A stretch of DNA of 63,908 nt, filler included, from Octopus bimaculoides (GCF_001194135.2; 5 parts of 5 records of this genome joined end to end with filler, not necessarily neighbours in it), one strand, 5' to 3'; positions 1-13,312 are shown, counted from the first letter of the whole stretch. Notes: a model not told the origin generated them from the sequence alone. A program made the numbers and translations.

Positions 1-180
1 TATCAGATTCGGGAGATATCCCCTCCGGGATAGGGCACTGGTCTATCAGATTAGGGAGATATCCCCTCCGGGATAGGGCACTGGTCTATCAGATTCGGGA
101 GATATCCCCTCCGGGATAGGGCACTGGTCTATCAGATTAGGGAGATATCCCCTCCGGGATAGGGCGCTGGTCTATCAGAT
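1..180. repeat. 43 bp minisatellite, 4.2 units visible (runs off the left window edge)
   Basis: Unit TATCAGATT[C/A]GGGAGATATCCCCTCCGGGATAGGGC[A/G]CTGGTC at 1-43, 44-86, 87-129, 130-172, partial 173-180. Confidence 0.97.
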
Positions 181-498
181 ATTCTTTTTGTTGCAAGGTC
201 ATGCAAAACATCGTATTCCCCATTAAGTTTGCTCCAGTTGTGTGACCTATGCTATTTATATATTCAAATGTTTAAGTACTGATGTTGTTGTAAGTTAATC
301 ATACTACTGCTTACAGGATACGAACCAGAATACGCTCGGCTGCTTGTCTGGAGCTCTATCCTCTGAGTCATTCACATTCTATAGATATGAATAGCATTCA
401 CTTGCTTGGATGCGTACGTAATTACGCACAAATAATCTTCGTCATCATCATAATAAGGATCATTCTCGTCATTAGCATTTATTATTAATGATTTGCAG

Positions 499-720
499 AG
501 GCGACGAGCTGGCAGAATCGTTAGCTCGCCGGGCGGAATGCTTAGCGGTATTTCGCCCGCCGCTACGTTCTGAGTTGAAATTCCGTCGAGGTCGACTTTG
601 CCTTTCATCCTTTCGGGGTCGATGAAAAAAAAAAACGTACCAGTCAAGTACTGGAGCCGGTGTGATCGAGTATTTTCCTCCTCCAAAATTTCAGGTATTG
701 TGCCTAAAGTAGAAATTATT
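499..720 (+). mobile_element. tRNA-derived SINE (family A, CTGGCAGAATCGTTAGC head; GTCGACTTTGCCTTTCATCCTTTCGGGGTCGAT core)
   Basis: Same head and core recur at 20.1-20.5k, 23.2k, 27.0k, 38.6k, 46.5k and 48.4k. Confidence 0.9.
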
Positions 721-735
721 ATTAATGGTTTGCTG

Positions 736-905
736 AGGCTGCGATCTGACAGAATCGGTAGCATGCCGTGCAAAATGTTGGGCGACATTTCGTTCGTCTT
801 TAAGTTCCGAGTTCAAAGGTCGATTTTTGCCTTTTATCCTTTCGAGTTCGTTAAAATAAGTATCAATTAAACACTGGAGTCGATGCAGTAGACTTATCCC
901 TCCCT
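736..905 (+). mobile_element. Second, more diverged family A SINE in tandem with 499-720
   Basis: CTGACAGAATCGGTAGC head and TTTGCCTTTTATCCTTTCGAGTTCG core variant. Confidence 0.8.
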
Positions 906-1483
906 TGCAATCGCTGGCCTTAACGGTTTGTGAGATGGAACAAGAACATTTTCTTCGCATAAAAAGAATGTTAATAAAAATACAGTTAAGTTTGATAGAC
1001 GAGAATACATTATTAAAAGTTAGCATTATTACTTTCTTGAATGGACTTACGTCTGTCTTTGCATACAACATGACTACTTCACAGAAGTGATTAATTATAA
1101 TTTCACAAGCACCAATCAAATATCGATGATGGAGATATTTCTTAAACATCATAACTTAAACCAATCTCGAAGTTATTATAATCCTCTCATAGCCTATTAG
1201 TCCATTTTGACATGCGGAGATATACATGAATATCTTATAAGTTTCTCGTTAAAAAACTCTGAGTAACTAGAAATGTAATAATGATAATTTCCGTTGAGCT
1301 GTTATGGTTTATAAACCTATTTAGAAGGAATTAACGTTGGATACCTTGTAGCGATGTTTAGTGTTTAAGCAATTATATAACAAAGGCGCTTTTGTTTTCT
1401 GTTATGATAGTTTATTTCCCTACTCAATTCTCGTTGCTCTTGGTGTTTCGTTTGGGCTGGATTTGTTTATGTAGGCCTAAAGC

Positions 1484-1526
<43 letters not shown>

Positions 1527-1544
1527 GACTCTCCTACATTACCT

Positions 1545-1705
1545 GTACAGGTACAACATACGCCACTGGATGAAGAAATGATCGCAGAGCAACGTGAAAT
1601 GAAGTGCTTTGCTCAAGAACACAACGCAAAGCCCGGCCTGGGAATCGGACACACGATCTTGTAATCGTCAGTGCAACACCTTAACCACTAAGCCAAGCGC
1701 CTTCA
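1545..1705 (-). mobile_element. tRNA-derived SINE fragment (family B)
   Basis: Reverse complement gives TGAAGGCGCTTGGCTTAGTGGTTAAGG head and TGTGTTCTTGAGCAAAGCAC core; related to 40371-40709. Confidence 0.8.
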
Positions 1706-2979
1706 CTATATATATAGAGAGATTATAATGTATTTCTATATCATGATAGTATTCAGATGTAGAAAAAGCAGCTTATTTTCCTTTTCCAACCACATATTTC
1801 TATTTGTAATTAAAAATCCCACCCCTCCCAGAAAAAAAAAATCATAGAAAAAATAACTACTAAATAATAAAAAGAATTACAATTATTTTTATCAATTAAC
1901 CTAATGTTTAAAGATGAGCAATTGTTTAACATTTACGTCTAGACTATATTTCGATTGCCGATCGTCATCCGGTGTCTTGTTTCCTTTATATCTAAACTGA
2001 GAGTAATAATGTTCTTTTCGTTTAGTCAACAGGAGGGTATACTTCTTATTAACAACAACTTATCTTAGATATTCAAACACTCAACTACTTAATATTAGAT
2101 ATTCACGCTCGAATCTACAAGAACAAATTAAGAAGGAGTAGATACGTTATTGATTAAGAAAAAGTTGTTTGCTTGTATTTGACATGGCAAAAAGACTCGT
2201 TATTTTGTAGATGAAAAGAAAAAAACTTTAACGTCTCAGATTATCTTAAGTACATTAGTTGTATAAGGGAAAAGGATCATTATTGATTGGGAATTGGTCG
2301 CGTCTTACAGAAACTTAACTCTTCTTATGTGATATCCAACAAAATAATCATTTGCTTCTGTAAAATTCACTGTTTTCTTTCAGATAATGTGATCGATGTA
2401 AAGCTTAAATTTCTTATCTATTTTTGTGGGGAATGCAAAGACAATAATTTCAGTAAAAATTTCCGAACAATATATAAAAAAAATACAATGGCGGTATATT
2501 TGACATTTTACCTGAATCGATAGCAAAGAGAAGCTGAAAATAAAAGAGCATAAAATTTGCTACAATGTGTCAGTGAAAGCGTGCGTGTGTTGTGCAATAA
2601 TGAGAGAGAAAAAATAATTGTGTTGTGAAAATAATTGTGATGAAAAATATCGTGACGTGAAAATTGTGAAATAATTTGTGAAATAATTGTGTTGAAGCCA
2701 CAGAAATATTATTTCTGTGAAAATATATTTCTGTCAAAAAGTTGCTGTGTAAGAATAAATGTGATGAAACATATAAATAGTGCCGTGTTACTTGATGCTG
2801 TGAATATATATATTATTGAAAAGCAAGTGTCTTGTATTTTGTGCAGCTGGATTCCATCTGTGAAAAGTAAGATTCTCTTGTAAAAAAAATAACAGTGCAG
2901 TCATAATGCTTAGTAAGGAAACTTTCGAGTAGTGCCCCCTTCATATCTTATATTATTCTGATGCATTAACACCCACACA

Positions 2980-3013
<34 letters not shown>

Positions 3014-4447
3014 NNNNNNNNNNNNNNNNNNNNNNNNNNNNNNNNNNNNNNNNNNNNNNNNNNNNNNNNNNNNNNNNNNNNNNNNNNNNNNNNNNNNNNN
3101 NNNNNNNNNNNNNNNNNNNNNNNNNNNNNNNNNNNNNNNNNNNNNNNNNNNNNNNNNNNNNNNNNNNNNNNNNNNNNNNNNNNNNNNNNNNNNNNNNNNN
3201 NNNNNNNNNNNNNNNNNNNNNNNNNNNNNNNNNNNNNNNNNNNNNNNNNNNNNNNNNNNNNNNNNNNNNNNNNNNNNNNNNNNNNNNNNNATGGTCACAA
3301 ATTTATTTCTGTCTTAATTATAAATCGTTAGAGAGATGACAATGATCACTGTCTTATATAATGGACGACGATGAAGAAAATAAAGAAACAAGATTGTAAA
3401 TGGACGAAGTGAAGTAGAGCATGACAATGTATGCTTCTTATAGTATAAAGTGTATTTTATATTTTCTACCTCCGCGATTTCCTCATCATCTATAGGTTTG
3501 TATATTTGCTCAAACAATATCGTTATTATTAACAGATATAGTTTTACTTTAATCTCAGACTTTATAATCGTTACACTTACATAAGCCCCTCATTATCTGT
3601 TTATTTGCATGCGTACATGTGTGTAAACATATATACACATACGGCAATCTCTGTTGTACACATAATGCAGGTACATTACGGAAAGCCGATTTAGCTGCGG
3701 TATTTGAATTGTGATGATATCTCTAATGGACGTGAAGTTTTTAAAAACACAATACATCAGTTCAAGGCGAAAGTTGTCTAGCAGCGGTGGTGATCAGAAT
3801 GCTAGATGTGCACTATTGTCTCTTTGGGTTTCGTCAGCAGCAATTACCCACTAGTATCCGCATGCAACACAAAATCCACCCTCACTGATATAGGAAAGCA
3901 GTGACTGAAGAATCACTGATGTTACATTTAACCAGGTGGCTGAATAAGGATTCGTCATGTGCCATAGAAGCACTATTAGTTTAAAACAGCAATCTGTGTA
4001 CCATATTTAATGCAAGTACATCACAAAAAGCCTAATTACACGTACGCACACGCATACACACACCTACACATTATCCCATGTTACCAATTGCTAAGGCGTT
4101 TAAAATTTAAACACATACATTTACTTAGAATTCTTTCAACGGGTTTGTCCCGTAAAAATGATACACTGACTCCTCTCTTGAGAAGCATTCAATTAAATAT
4201 ACTTACTTTCTTTTAAAATGTATTAATACACATTTTAACGGTTTTATATTCATACTCTATCCTCACTTTATTATTTTTCCTATTTACTTCATTTCATTTT
4301 CGTCGTTGCCCATTATATTAACGATAAGATATTTTACATCGTCATTTTTTTTAATGCTCTGACGATTTTTAATTAAGAAATAAAGAAATTTGCAAGCGTT
4401 CCTCAAAATATTCGCTGCCAAGTTCCCCCAAGGTATAGACATCTCTA

Positions 4448-4482
4448 TTCCGATTGCAGCTTCCGATTGCAGCTTCCGATTG
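4448..4482. repeat. 13 bp tandem repeat (TTCCGATTGCAGC) x2.7
   Basis: Direct inspection. Confidence 0.9.
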
Positions 4483-4517
4483 ACATTACGAACATATAAA
4501 TTATAATCTATCTATCC

Positions 4518-4558
<41 letters not shown>

Positions 4559-6800
4559 CCTATCTAAAATTAGCAATGATTCTATTTAAACCTTGATAAT
4601 TATTACTTACACCAATTTCTAATTCTCTGGAAAGAACTCAGGAATTTATAATCGATAATGTAAGGGAATAATAAGCCTGGAGTGATAGGCTGTAATAAAA
4701 TGTGTATAATGCGTATACCACACATAGCCTAATTGATAATCACGCAAATGAGGCGAGGTTTATCCATTGAATATATAATACGTCGCCAATTGAATTGTCG
4801 TACCTCTGTAATATATATTGATAAGCTTCACAAGCTGAATATTCAACGTGGTAAAAATGATTTAAATTATCCAATTTGATTTTATAAGACTTTAATAGTA
4901 TGTGCTTGTATTAAAGTTTGTTTTCATTAATTAGATGCTAAAAAGCAGAGAAAACAAACAAGAAATTGGAAAGCGTAAAATAGTTTATAGAATATAATTA
5001 AGAACTCTTAAAGTCTAAAAGAGGTACAGAGAGAGAATTAATTATCGGGTATAGTAGCACTCGAAGGAAAATGGCTGGTTCGCGAAAAGAATAAGATTTT
5101 ATCTTAGAGCCGAAAGGAAAATCTAGGAAACATACTTCTAATTATGACAGTGGTTATATTTTCTCCAATTAAAATGTTACACAATAAGAAACAAGGTACA
5201 GCAACNNNNNNNNNNNNNNNNNNNNNNNNNNNNNNNNNNNNNNNNNNNNNNNNNNNNNNNNNNNNNNNNNNNNNNNNNNNNNNNNNNNNNNNNNNNNNNN
5301 NNNNNNNNNNNNNNNNNNNNNNNNNNNNNNNNNNNNNNNNNNNNNNNNNNNNNNNNNNNNNNNNNNNNNNNNNNNNNNNNNNNNNNNNNNNNNNNNNNNN
5401 NNNNNNNNNNNNNNNNNNNNNNNNNNNNNNNNNNNNNNNNNNNNNNNNNNNNNNNNNNNNNNNNNNNNNNNNNNNNNNNNNNNNNNNNNNNNNNNNNNNN
5501 NNNNNNNNNNNNNNNNNNNNNNNNNNNNNNNNNNNNNNNNNNNNNNNNNNNNNNNNNNNNNNNNNNNNNNNNNNNNNNNNNNNNNNNNNNNNNNNNNNNN
5601 NNNNNNNNNNNNNNNNNNNNNNNNNNNNNNNNNNNNNNNNNNNNNNNNNNNNNNNNNNNNNNNNNNNNNNNNNNNNNNNNNNNNNNNNNNNNNNNNNNNN
5701 NNNNNNNNNNNNNNNNNNNNNNNNNNNNNNNNNNNNNNNNNNNNNNNNNNNNNNNNNNNNNNNNNNNNNNNNNNNNNNNNNNNNNNNNNNNNNNNNNNNN
5801 NNNNNNNNNNNNNNNNNNNNNNNNNNNNNNNNNNNNNNNNNNNNNNNNNNNNNNNNNNNNNNNNNATATATATATATATATATACATACATACATACACA
5901 AACAAACACATACACACACACTATATATACAAACATATACATATATACATATACATATACATCATGTATATATATACATATATATATATACACATATACA
6001 TATACACATATACATATACATATATATATATAAATGTATATATATACATACATATATATATATACATACATACATACATACATATATACACATACATATA
6101 TATATATATACATATATATATATACATATACATACATATATACATATACATATATTTATATGTGTATGCGTGTGTGTGTGCGTGTTAATCGTATAGGATC
6201 GCAGCAAAAGAATAAAAGACAGGAGCCAGGCTAAAGCCGGATTCTTAAATCTTTGTAATGTTTGATATAATCTGACTTGAACTTTACAAAAAAACTTTTA
6301 TATGTATTTGAATTCATATGAGAATTCATTTTATTTCACTTAGAAACGATGGTAATAAAAGCTTAGATTATAAAGATGTTAAAGGGCGAAGAAATAATTT
6401 TCCTTTCTTTTCCTCTTAGATCAATTTTAAAAATAAATACTGGAACATATGTACAATCTGTTTTCATAACATAATTTGCTATTTATTGTTTTTTTCTTCA
6501 ATGCTATTCTCGCTTAGATTGAACTCCTAATAGTCTGTATTGTATTACGTTTCCACTGCGTTTGGTATCTAGAGAATTACATTTCTTTGGAGCATATTTC
6601 AAGCTAGTTGAGTCATTTACTGACCTTGTTTATAAAATCTATTATTGTTATTACTATATAAGAATAATAAATAAATAAATGAATATAAAAAAGGATGTGC
6701 AAAGTCAACCTGACCAGCGTTGATAACCCACACCAGTTATTGACCAGCTGAAATTATTCTGAGTAATAGAACACGGACAAAATGAAACATCCCCACTCAC

Positions 6801-6857
6801 CTCCTCTCCATCAGTCTCCTCCTCCTCCTCCTCCTCCTCCTCCTCCACATCTTCTGA
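6801..6857 (-). CDS. Probable collagen-gene exon encoding acidic linker SEDVEEEEEEEEEETDGEE
   Basis: Minus-strand acceptor TCTATTTGTGTCTACAG| and donor |GTGAGT; 57 nt, phase 0/0, open frame; in frame with the 11483-11557 exon. Confidence 0.65.
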
Positions 6858-8169
6858 CTGTAGACACAAATAGAGTTCAAGAAAAAATATTGCAGGAAAT
6901 TATGTTTGTTACTGAAGAGTGAAGTGTTGAAAAATATCCTTTTTTGTTTGCGCGCATTGCCTTTTTAGGTGACGGTAGTAGCGTTATTTAGATGGCTCTC
7001 TCCGCCATAAACGTGCCACTAAAAATATTAGCTGTGCAATGTTTTTTAAAATAATATTTTTATTCCAACGTTTGTTTGATGGTGGAATAACAGAGTGAGG
7101 TGGAAATAAATGGATTCCAACTTTAAGCTGGTTAAAGTTCGATGGTAAGAAAAATGTGCAGGTGAAACTACAAATCTATCTACGTTCCATACAGACTAAG
7201 AACAACTGTTTAGCCGCGAGGTGAAAGGATTTTTACGATGTTTTCTACAAAATGTGATCAGGGTTAAATTGGTGATGGAAAAAAAAGAGTGATTAGTTCA
7301 GAATTGTAAAGTTCGTATATCGGTTTCTTATACGAAACAATGGCCGAGAAGGTTGTTGAAGTTTGATAGGGTCTTCGTGATGTAGAATGCAAAATTATTT
7401 TTGCAGAGAATCAAGGATTTAGTTCACCAAAAAAAAATAAAAGCTTTCATCTGAATTATTGTCTTCATCAATGACAATGGAAATATTGGTTCCTTTTGAC
7501 TAGACAAAGCAGCATTTTAATACAGGAAGAGGAATACAATGTTGAGAATTTGGATGGCAGATTCAAAAAAGTAGCTGAAATCGTGTGAACAATACTGCTT
7601 GTGTCCGTGGTGAATATACTTCACTCTCAATTGCAGAGTCAAAGTCCATCGAATTCTAAATAGTTGAGAATGAATTATTATCTTGTGGGACTGATTTCAA
7701 TTTCTGCAGCGATAAGAAAAAAAAGCCTAACGTTCTGTCCAGAAGGACAACTGTTCGCCTTCCAGTGAACAGTACCAACATTAGGTATATGCACCGGTTC
7801 CTTGACAACGAATATACGGATACACCTTAGTCTCTTACTGGTAATTATTTTGTTGGATGCGACGAGATTTGAGGAGAAAACCGCGAGAATTAAAACGAAA
7901 AACAATACATTTAGCTGGACGCTTCACAGATTTAGCTGTTTCAAAGGCTTACTGACCTGTAGATAAGCTATATCTGGTGCTCATCGTGAAGTGCTGAAAG
8001 AAAAACTTATGCCACAAACTCAAATTCAAAATTTAGAAGTACAAAACGAAAGCCTATCGTTTTTTGGTAACTCTTCATGAACCCTTGTTTCAGTAGAGAT
8101 TCATAGTCGACACACTCACTTACTGTGAAAATTCAATTACCTCCCGTTTGAGCATATCATTAACAATCC

Positions 8170-8357
8170 AACATTGGTAATTCGTCGTTGACTCCCACCA
8201 TTTTAACAGTTCACCGGCGACCTCACTTTTAGAAATTCACCATCGATCTCCACTTTAACAATTCCCAGTCGACCCCATTCCACTTCTGCAAGTCATTGTC
8301 GTTACCCACTTCGAAAATTCACCATAAATTCCATTTCGATAACTTACCGTCTACCCT
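8170..8357. repeat. Degenerate ~26-27 bp tandem repeat, about 7 units
   Basis: Anchors resembling TTCACC at about 8181, 8210, 8236, 8262, 8292, 8318, 8343; consensus about CCACTTTAACAATTCACCGTCGAC. Confidence 0.6.
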
Positions 8358-8897
8358 CGGGTAACTGAAATATAAATCCATGATCATGAACACGAACACT
8401 AGCACAAACATCAAAACTAGAACACTCAAAATTTACATACACAAACACGAGGCATAAGTTAGTAGTATTAGATATAATTTCAAGTTTCAAATTAGATAGA
8501 ATTTAGATATGGGCACTTAAACGTATCTTTAACGATACGAACTCCGCACAATCGAGCAATATACACCAGTAACGACAAAAATACATCTAAACGTCGTATA
8601 CGCAAATACTCACATACATATATATGAACATGTGTCTACACACAAAGGCACTTGAATCTTACTATACGAATATGACAGAATATAAACAATTATACGTACG
8701 ACAGTTTACAAACATAACTTCGTTGCTGATTAATTTATTTTAGTAAAACTTATTTCATTTTTACAACATATTATTCAGAATATTCAAACCTAAATAATTT
8801 AGTAGTTTATTATTGTTGAATTTATCTTCATCAGTTAGCGTACTGTGCCGTCACTTGTTTCTTCTACCACAATTTCGGCAAAGATATTGAAGCTTAC

Positions 8898-8940
8898 ACC
8901 TCGCTGATGAGGTATAAAAATACTAAAACGAATCTGGAGT
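8898..8940 (+). ncRNA. Decayed hammerhead ribozyme motif
   Basis: CTGATGA-GGTAT-AAAA-ATACT-AAAAC; restoring one CpG (CT|AA to CC|GA) gives canonical helix II plus GAAAC; helices I and III damaged. Confidence 0.35.
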
Positions 8941-9499
8941 TGAATCCTTAAGTTTCAAAGATAATATTACAAATTGATCAGCGTTTAATTTAATTATTTC
9001 TCATTAGCTCTACAGCACTCTACACACTAAATTTAACCATGTTTTGTTCTGGTAGACAAATTGATAAATATGCAATTGTGAATAGTATATATCTGACCGA
9101 CGACAAAAGGAAATCAAATATTTCGGATATTCACATATTAATGCGTTGTTTTTAAATATGTCAAATGAAAAGTTAACTGAAGTAAAATTATTGCCAAATC
9201 AATTTCAATGATAGAAGATTAGTTTTCAGAAACATAATTTTGCAGGTATTTCTCAATAGAATCTTCTTTGAAAATTTCTCTTGGCTCTGAACATCCAGAC
9301 CCAAAGTTTTATTTTTTTTAAACAGATCTTTATGATATTACGTGTCGATAAAGAATTGCTTAATACCTTCTCGCTGGAAATAGTAGACAAACCATATTAT
9401 ATTTTCTAAAATACTTAATCCCTCAACAAATTCTAATCTTCTATACGTGAGACCCACAATGGAGACGGTGTCGCTGCTATGCATACAGACATCATGTAG

Positions 9500-9870
9500 T
9501 GTATCCAGAGGAAAGCCACTCGATTGACTGGCAGGAAACCTCTCGCAAACACGCACTGGCACTTGGCTCACACATATATGCTGTCACCTCTCAGGGCCGT
9601 TCTGCTGCAGTTGTAAAGGCCTCTGAATCTCGGTGATGACTGGTCTCGAGCCATCCTTCTTTCAGGAACTCAAAACTTATTTGTCTCTTCTCTCTATCGT
9701 CACTGAATATGTGTACTCCCCACATTCAGGCCTCGCACAAACCACTACACTCAGTCCTTCCCTTTCAAAATGTTATTCCTCTGCAACTGTCTCTCTTTCC
9801 CTGTTCTTTTTCTTACAGGTGCCAACTTGAAAACATTACAAGAGGAATATTAATGGCATTAAGCTCTCAA
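9500..9870 (+). mobile_element. Decayed CR1/Jockey-like LINE ORF2 3' end
   Basis: IQRKATRL motif at about 9503; later TNHYTQSF-like and NLKT(F)KRNINGIKL-like segments after frameshifts. Confidence 0.55.
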
Positions 9871-11482
9871 GGGAAGAAACCAATACTAAAATGAAGGGCA
9901 TGTTGAATAATATGATTCTGCATACACTGTGTCTGAAATCGACGAGGTGGTCACTGTCACACATACACACACGCACACACACACACAAACATACACACAC
10001 ACATACGTATCACAAATTTCTTTTTCGCTTCCATATATACACAGTGCCATATTGATGACAACATCTGTCATTCTTATTTTTTCTCTTTTCAGAAAATAAA
10101 GAAACGAGTGAGAGCTGGGGTTCCTGCAGGGTTTTTTTTAACCAAACTAATAAAAAGGCCTTTACCATCTCCGATGATCTATAACAGAGATCTCATTTAC
10201 CCATGACTTTTAAAATAGCATACGAAACGTGTTTTCCTTTTCTCCAGTTTCAAAATATATTAGTTCCGAAACAGCTAAGATAAAATAAAATAAAAATATC
10301 CAATAATCTATAATGAAACATCACAGCATTTAGCCGTATTTTATTCCAGAATGGAGACAAGTCATTGGAAGAGACTCCACGAGGTCACTCGATCTGATAG
10401 AAATAATAACCAAACTTTACTGCTTTAAATTGATAGGCAACACTAGGCAATGTAAACTTTGATATACAAAAAAGAAAACCGGATGCTTACGACCGGAATA
10501 TCTTTTATTATGCAGTAAGTCAACTCAGTGAGGGCCGACATGATTTAAACAACGTAACAGTTAAGAGAAAAAACAAGTTAGCAAACAAAACTACATACAC
10601 AGCCACCCCAAGCAGCCCACCTAAAGCTTATAATTTCTTTGGACTTGGTTACTAAATAGTAACTAAGTCACAACTTGAATTTCTGTGATAATTATATCAA
10701 AATTTATTTTATAAAGGTCAACTTTCATATTGCTTCACATCTATTGTACTTTATCCAAGCATTAGGCTGTCTTTCTTCTCAAATCTACACATGTTTGTAG
10801 CCATGACAACTTTCCATACTTTACGGTTTTCTAACTGCAAATTTGCAGCAATTCAAGTGATCCAGTAATTTTAAATCCTCCGTTAAGAAAAATAATATAA
10901 AAGAAAAAAAAAGCGATTTATTTCATTCTAGATTATTTTAATGTGACTTAACGAATTTTGTCTTGTAATCGTCTTAAGGTATATATCTTGAGGTATATAT
11001 CTTGATCAAGATGTCTACGATTATAATGACAAATATGTCATTCAATAGATAACAATTATATAACTTAGACAAAAATGAAAACCTTTCGAAAATTTGGTAA
11101 ATCAATCCATAAAATGTCTCTCCTGTTTTGTTGAGTCATTAAAAATCTTAAATAATAGGGATAAATTAAAATTTTAAGTAGCAAAATTAAATATTATCTT
11201 GGAAATTATGACAATGCAGCGAGAAAAATAAATATTTAGGAAGCGAGGAAAGCATTTTATGAACAAACGTTTATTCTTATTCTACAGTTGAAAGCAATTT
11301 AAAATTTGACAATTTCTTTGGTCGTTACTATAACACATGACATTAAAACATAGACAATGAGTATTGAAAACGATCACAAATACTAGAAATTAAATCCAAA
11401 CGAAAATTAACAAACGATTTTAAACAAAAAAAACTGACAGTAAACAATAAAAATGAGACGATGGTGATGGAGATGTTTTTAC

Positions 11483-11557
11483 CTTTGGAATCTCACTACA
11501 GGTCTCTCTGGCTGCTTTTCGGTAATCACAGTGTAAAACCATCCATTGAAGATCAAA
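11483..11557 (-). CDS. Collagen TSPN (laminin-G-like) domain, C-terminal exon: FDLQWMVLHCDYRKAARETCSEIPK
   Basis: Acceptor TCTTTTAATTTAG|, donor |GTAAAA; 75 nt, phase 0/0; FDLQWMVxxCD..A.RE.C.E.P is the characteristic end of FACIT collagen TSPN domains. Confidence 0.92.
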
Positions 11558-11738
11558 CTAAATTAAAAGAAAGGTCACATATTTAAATATTTGATACCTG
11601 AAAAGGAGGGAGGTTTAAAATATAGAAATATATCTAACGATATCTAAAGGGTACATTTAAGTATATAATTATAAATTGAAGAATGAATATCTTGTGAGGG
11701 AAATTTCAAAAATAGTAGCAAATGAATCTCGTAATAAA

Positions 11739-11782
11739 AGCTCCTGATGAGCCGGTAAATATAAGGCGAAACTAGACAAGTT
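11739..11782 (+). ncRNA. Decayed hammerhead ribozyme motif
   Basis: AGCTC-CTGATGA-GCC(11 nt loop)GGC-GAAACTAGAC-AAGTT; helix III would be palindromic ACTAGT; cleavage triplet mutated (GAC). Confidence 0.5.
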
Positions 11783-12424
11783 GTTCCTCGGGTCTTTTAG
11801 CAGAATAAAGGCTATGATTATCCTATTTGGTCTATTTACGCAGTCAGACGCAATGTATGTTTTTTAAATGTACGTATTTTAATACATTTAAAACATATTC
11901 ACACACATATACATACATACATACATACATACATACATACATACATACATACATACATAATATATACATACATACATACATAAGGAGGTCTTAAGCCAAG
12001 TTTTGGGATCTGATTATACGTCATGAAGCTAAGCCCTTTATAGACATGAAACCTAAGGTAACCCCATAAACTGAAATTATCTAACTTTAATATATATATA
12101 NNNNNNNNNNNNNNNNNNNNNNNNNNNNNNNNNNNNNNNNNNNNNNNNNNNNNNNNNNNNNNNNNNNNNNNNNNNNNNNNNNNNNNNNNNNNNNNNNNNN
12201 NNNNNNNNNNNNNNNNNNNNNNNNNNNNNNNNNNNNNNNNNNNNNNNNNNNNNNNNNNNNNNNNNNNNNNNNNNNNNNNNNNNNNNNNNNNNNNNNNNNN
12301 NNNNNNNNNNNNNNNNNNNNNNNNNNNNNNNNNNNNNNNNNNNNNNNNNNNNNNNNNNNNNNNNNNNNNNNNNNNNNNNNNNNNNNNNNNNNNNNNNNNN
12401 NATATATATATATATATATATACA

Positions 12425-12551
12425 AAGGGCTTTTTTCAGTTTCTGTCTACTAAATCTACTCACAAGGCTTTGGTCGGCCTGAGGCTATAGTAAATTACAC
12501 TTGCCCAATGTGCCACACAGTGGGACTAAACCCGAAACGATGTGGTTAGGG
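12425..12551 (-). mobile_element. SINE family C fragment
   Basis: CACAAGGCTTTGGTCGGCCTGAGGCTATAG...GTGCCACACAGTGGGACT matches copies at 39520, 55640 and 58880. Confidence 0.85.
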
Positions 12552-13312
12552 TGCGTGCGCATGTGTGTTCAAAAGGCGAAAACACCAAAACCGAAGACGA
12601 AATTCTGAGCAATTGAAATTGTTCGGTCGACACTCGAGGCCTAATTGAAACAGGTGTTTTAATGATTTTTAGCTTGAGCTAAAATAGACGGAAGGAAATG
12701 AAAGAAAAAACAGGGAAACGGGGCTAATGGAAAAAAATACATATTTACCTGTATCGAACCATATATCTATATACATAAATGTGTATATATAAATATGTGT
12801 GTGTTTGTGTATGTGTGTGTCTATGTAGGCAGGTACGTACGCATGTGTGCGTGTGTAGAGAGAGCGACGGAACGTGATTGGATGCTATCCTGAATATGAG
12901 TAAAATGAAGACCGTTTATTTATGTAAACTTGCTTCCAGCTAAAATGTGCAATAAAAAGAGTTGACGACCTCAATTAAAAAGGAAGTCGTAAATGATGAA
13001 GACATGTGTGATGAGGATATTCACCGAATTATGTTAAAAATATCCCGCAAGTTACATAATATATTCAAGATTTTCTGTTCATAGGAAACAGATTCTAATG
13101 TTTCTGTCTCTTTGGATTTTAGACTACTTCTGGGATTTGATCATTGCTTGCTAAATATGGATTATTGAGCTTAAAACTTTAATATACATAGATTAGTATG
13201 GATTAATGAGTTTAACATGAGAATGTGAAAGAGACGTCCCAATACACACATTTATGTCTTAATCTGGCGACCAATTAACAACACAGTTCTAATTATATTT
13301 AAATGGACTTAC

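Noticed and set aside
1-180. Direct-repeat array as CRISPR
   Set aside because: Units are contiguous with no unique spacers, and the DNA is eukaryotic.
691-1152. 153 aa minus-strand ORF with a GTAAGT donor at about 1046-1051
   Set aside because: AT-rich, partly SINE-derived, with no recognisable motif.
5104-6196. Long ORFs here and at 23535-24659, 47382-48245, 51664-53521, 59559-60690
   Set aside because: They are open only because they run through N gaps and dinucleotide repeats.
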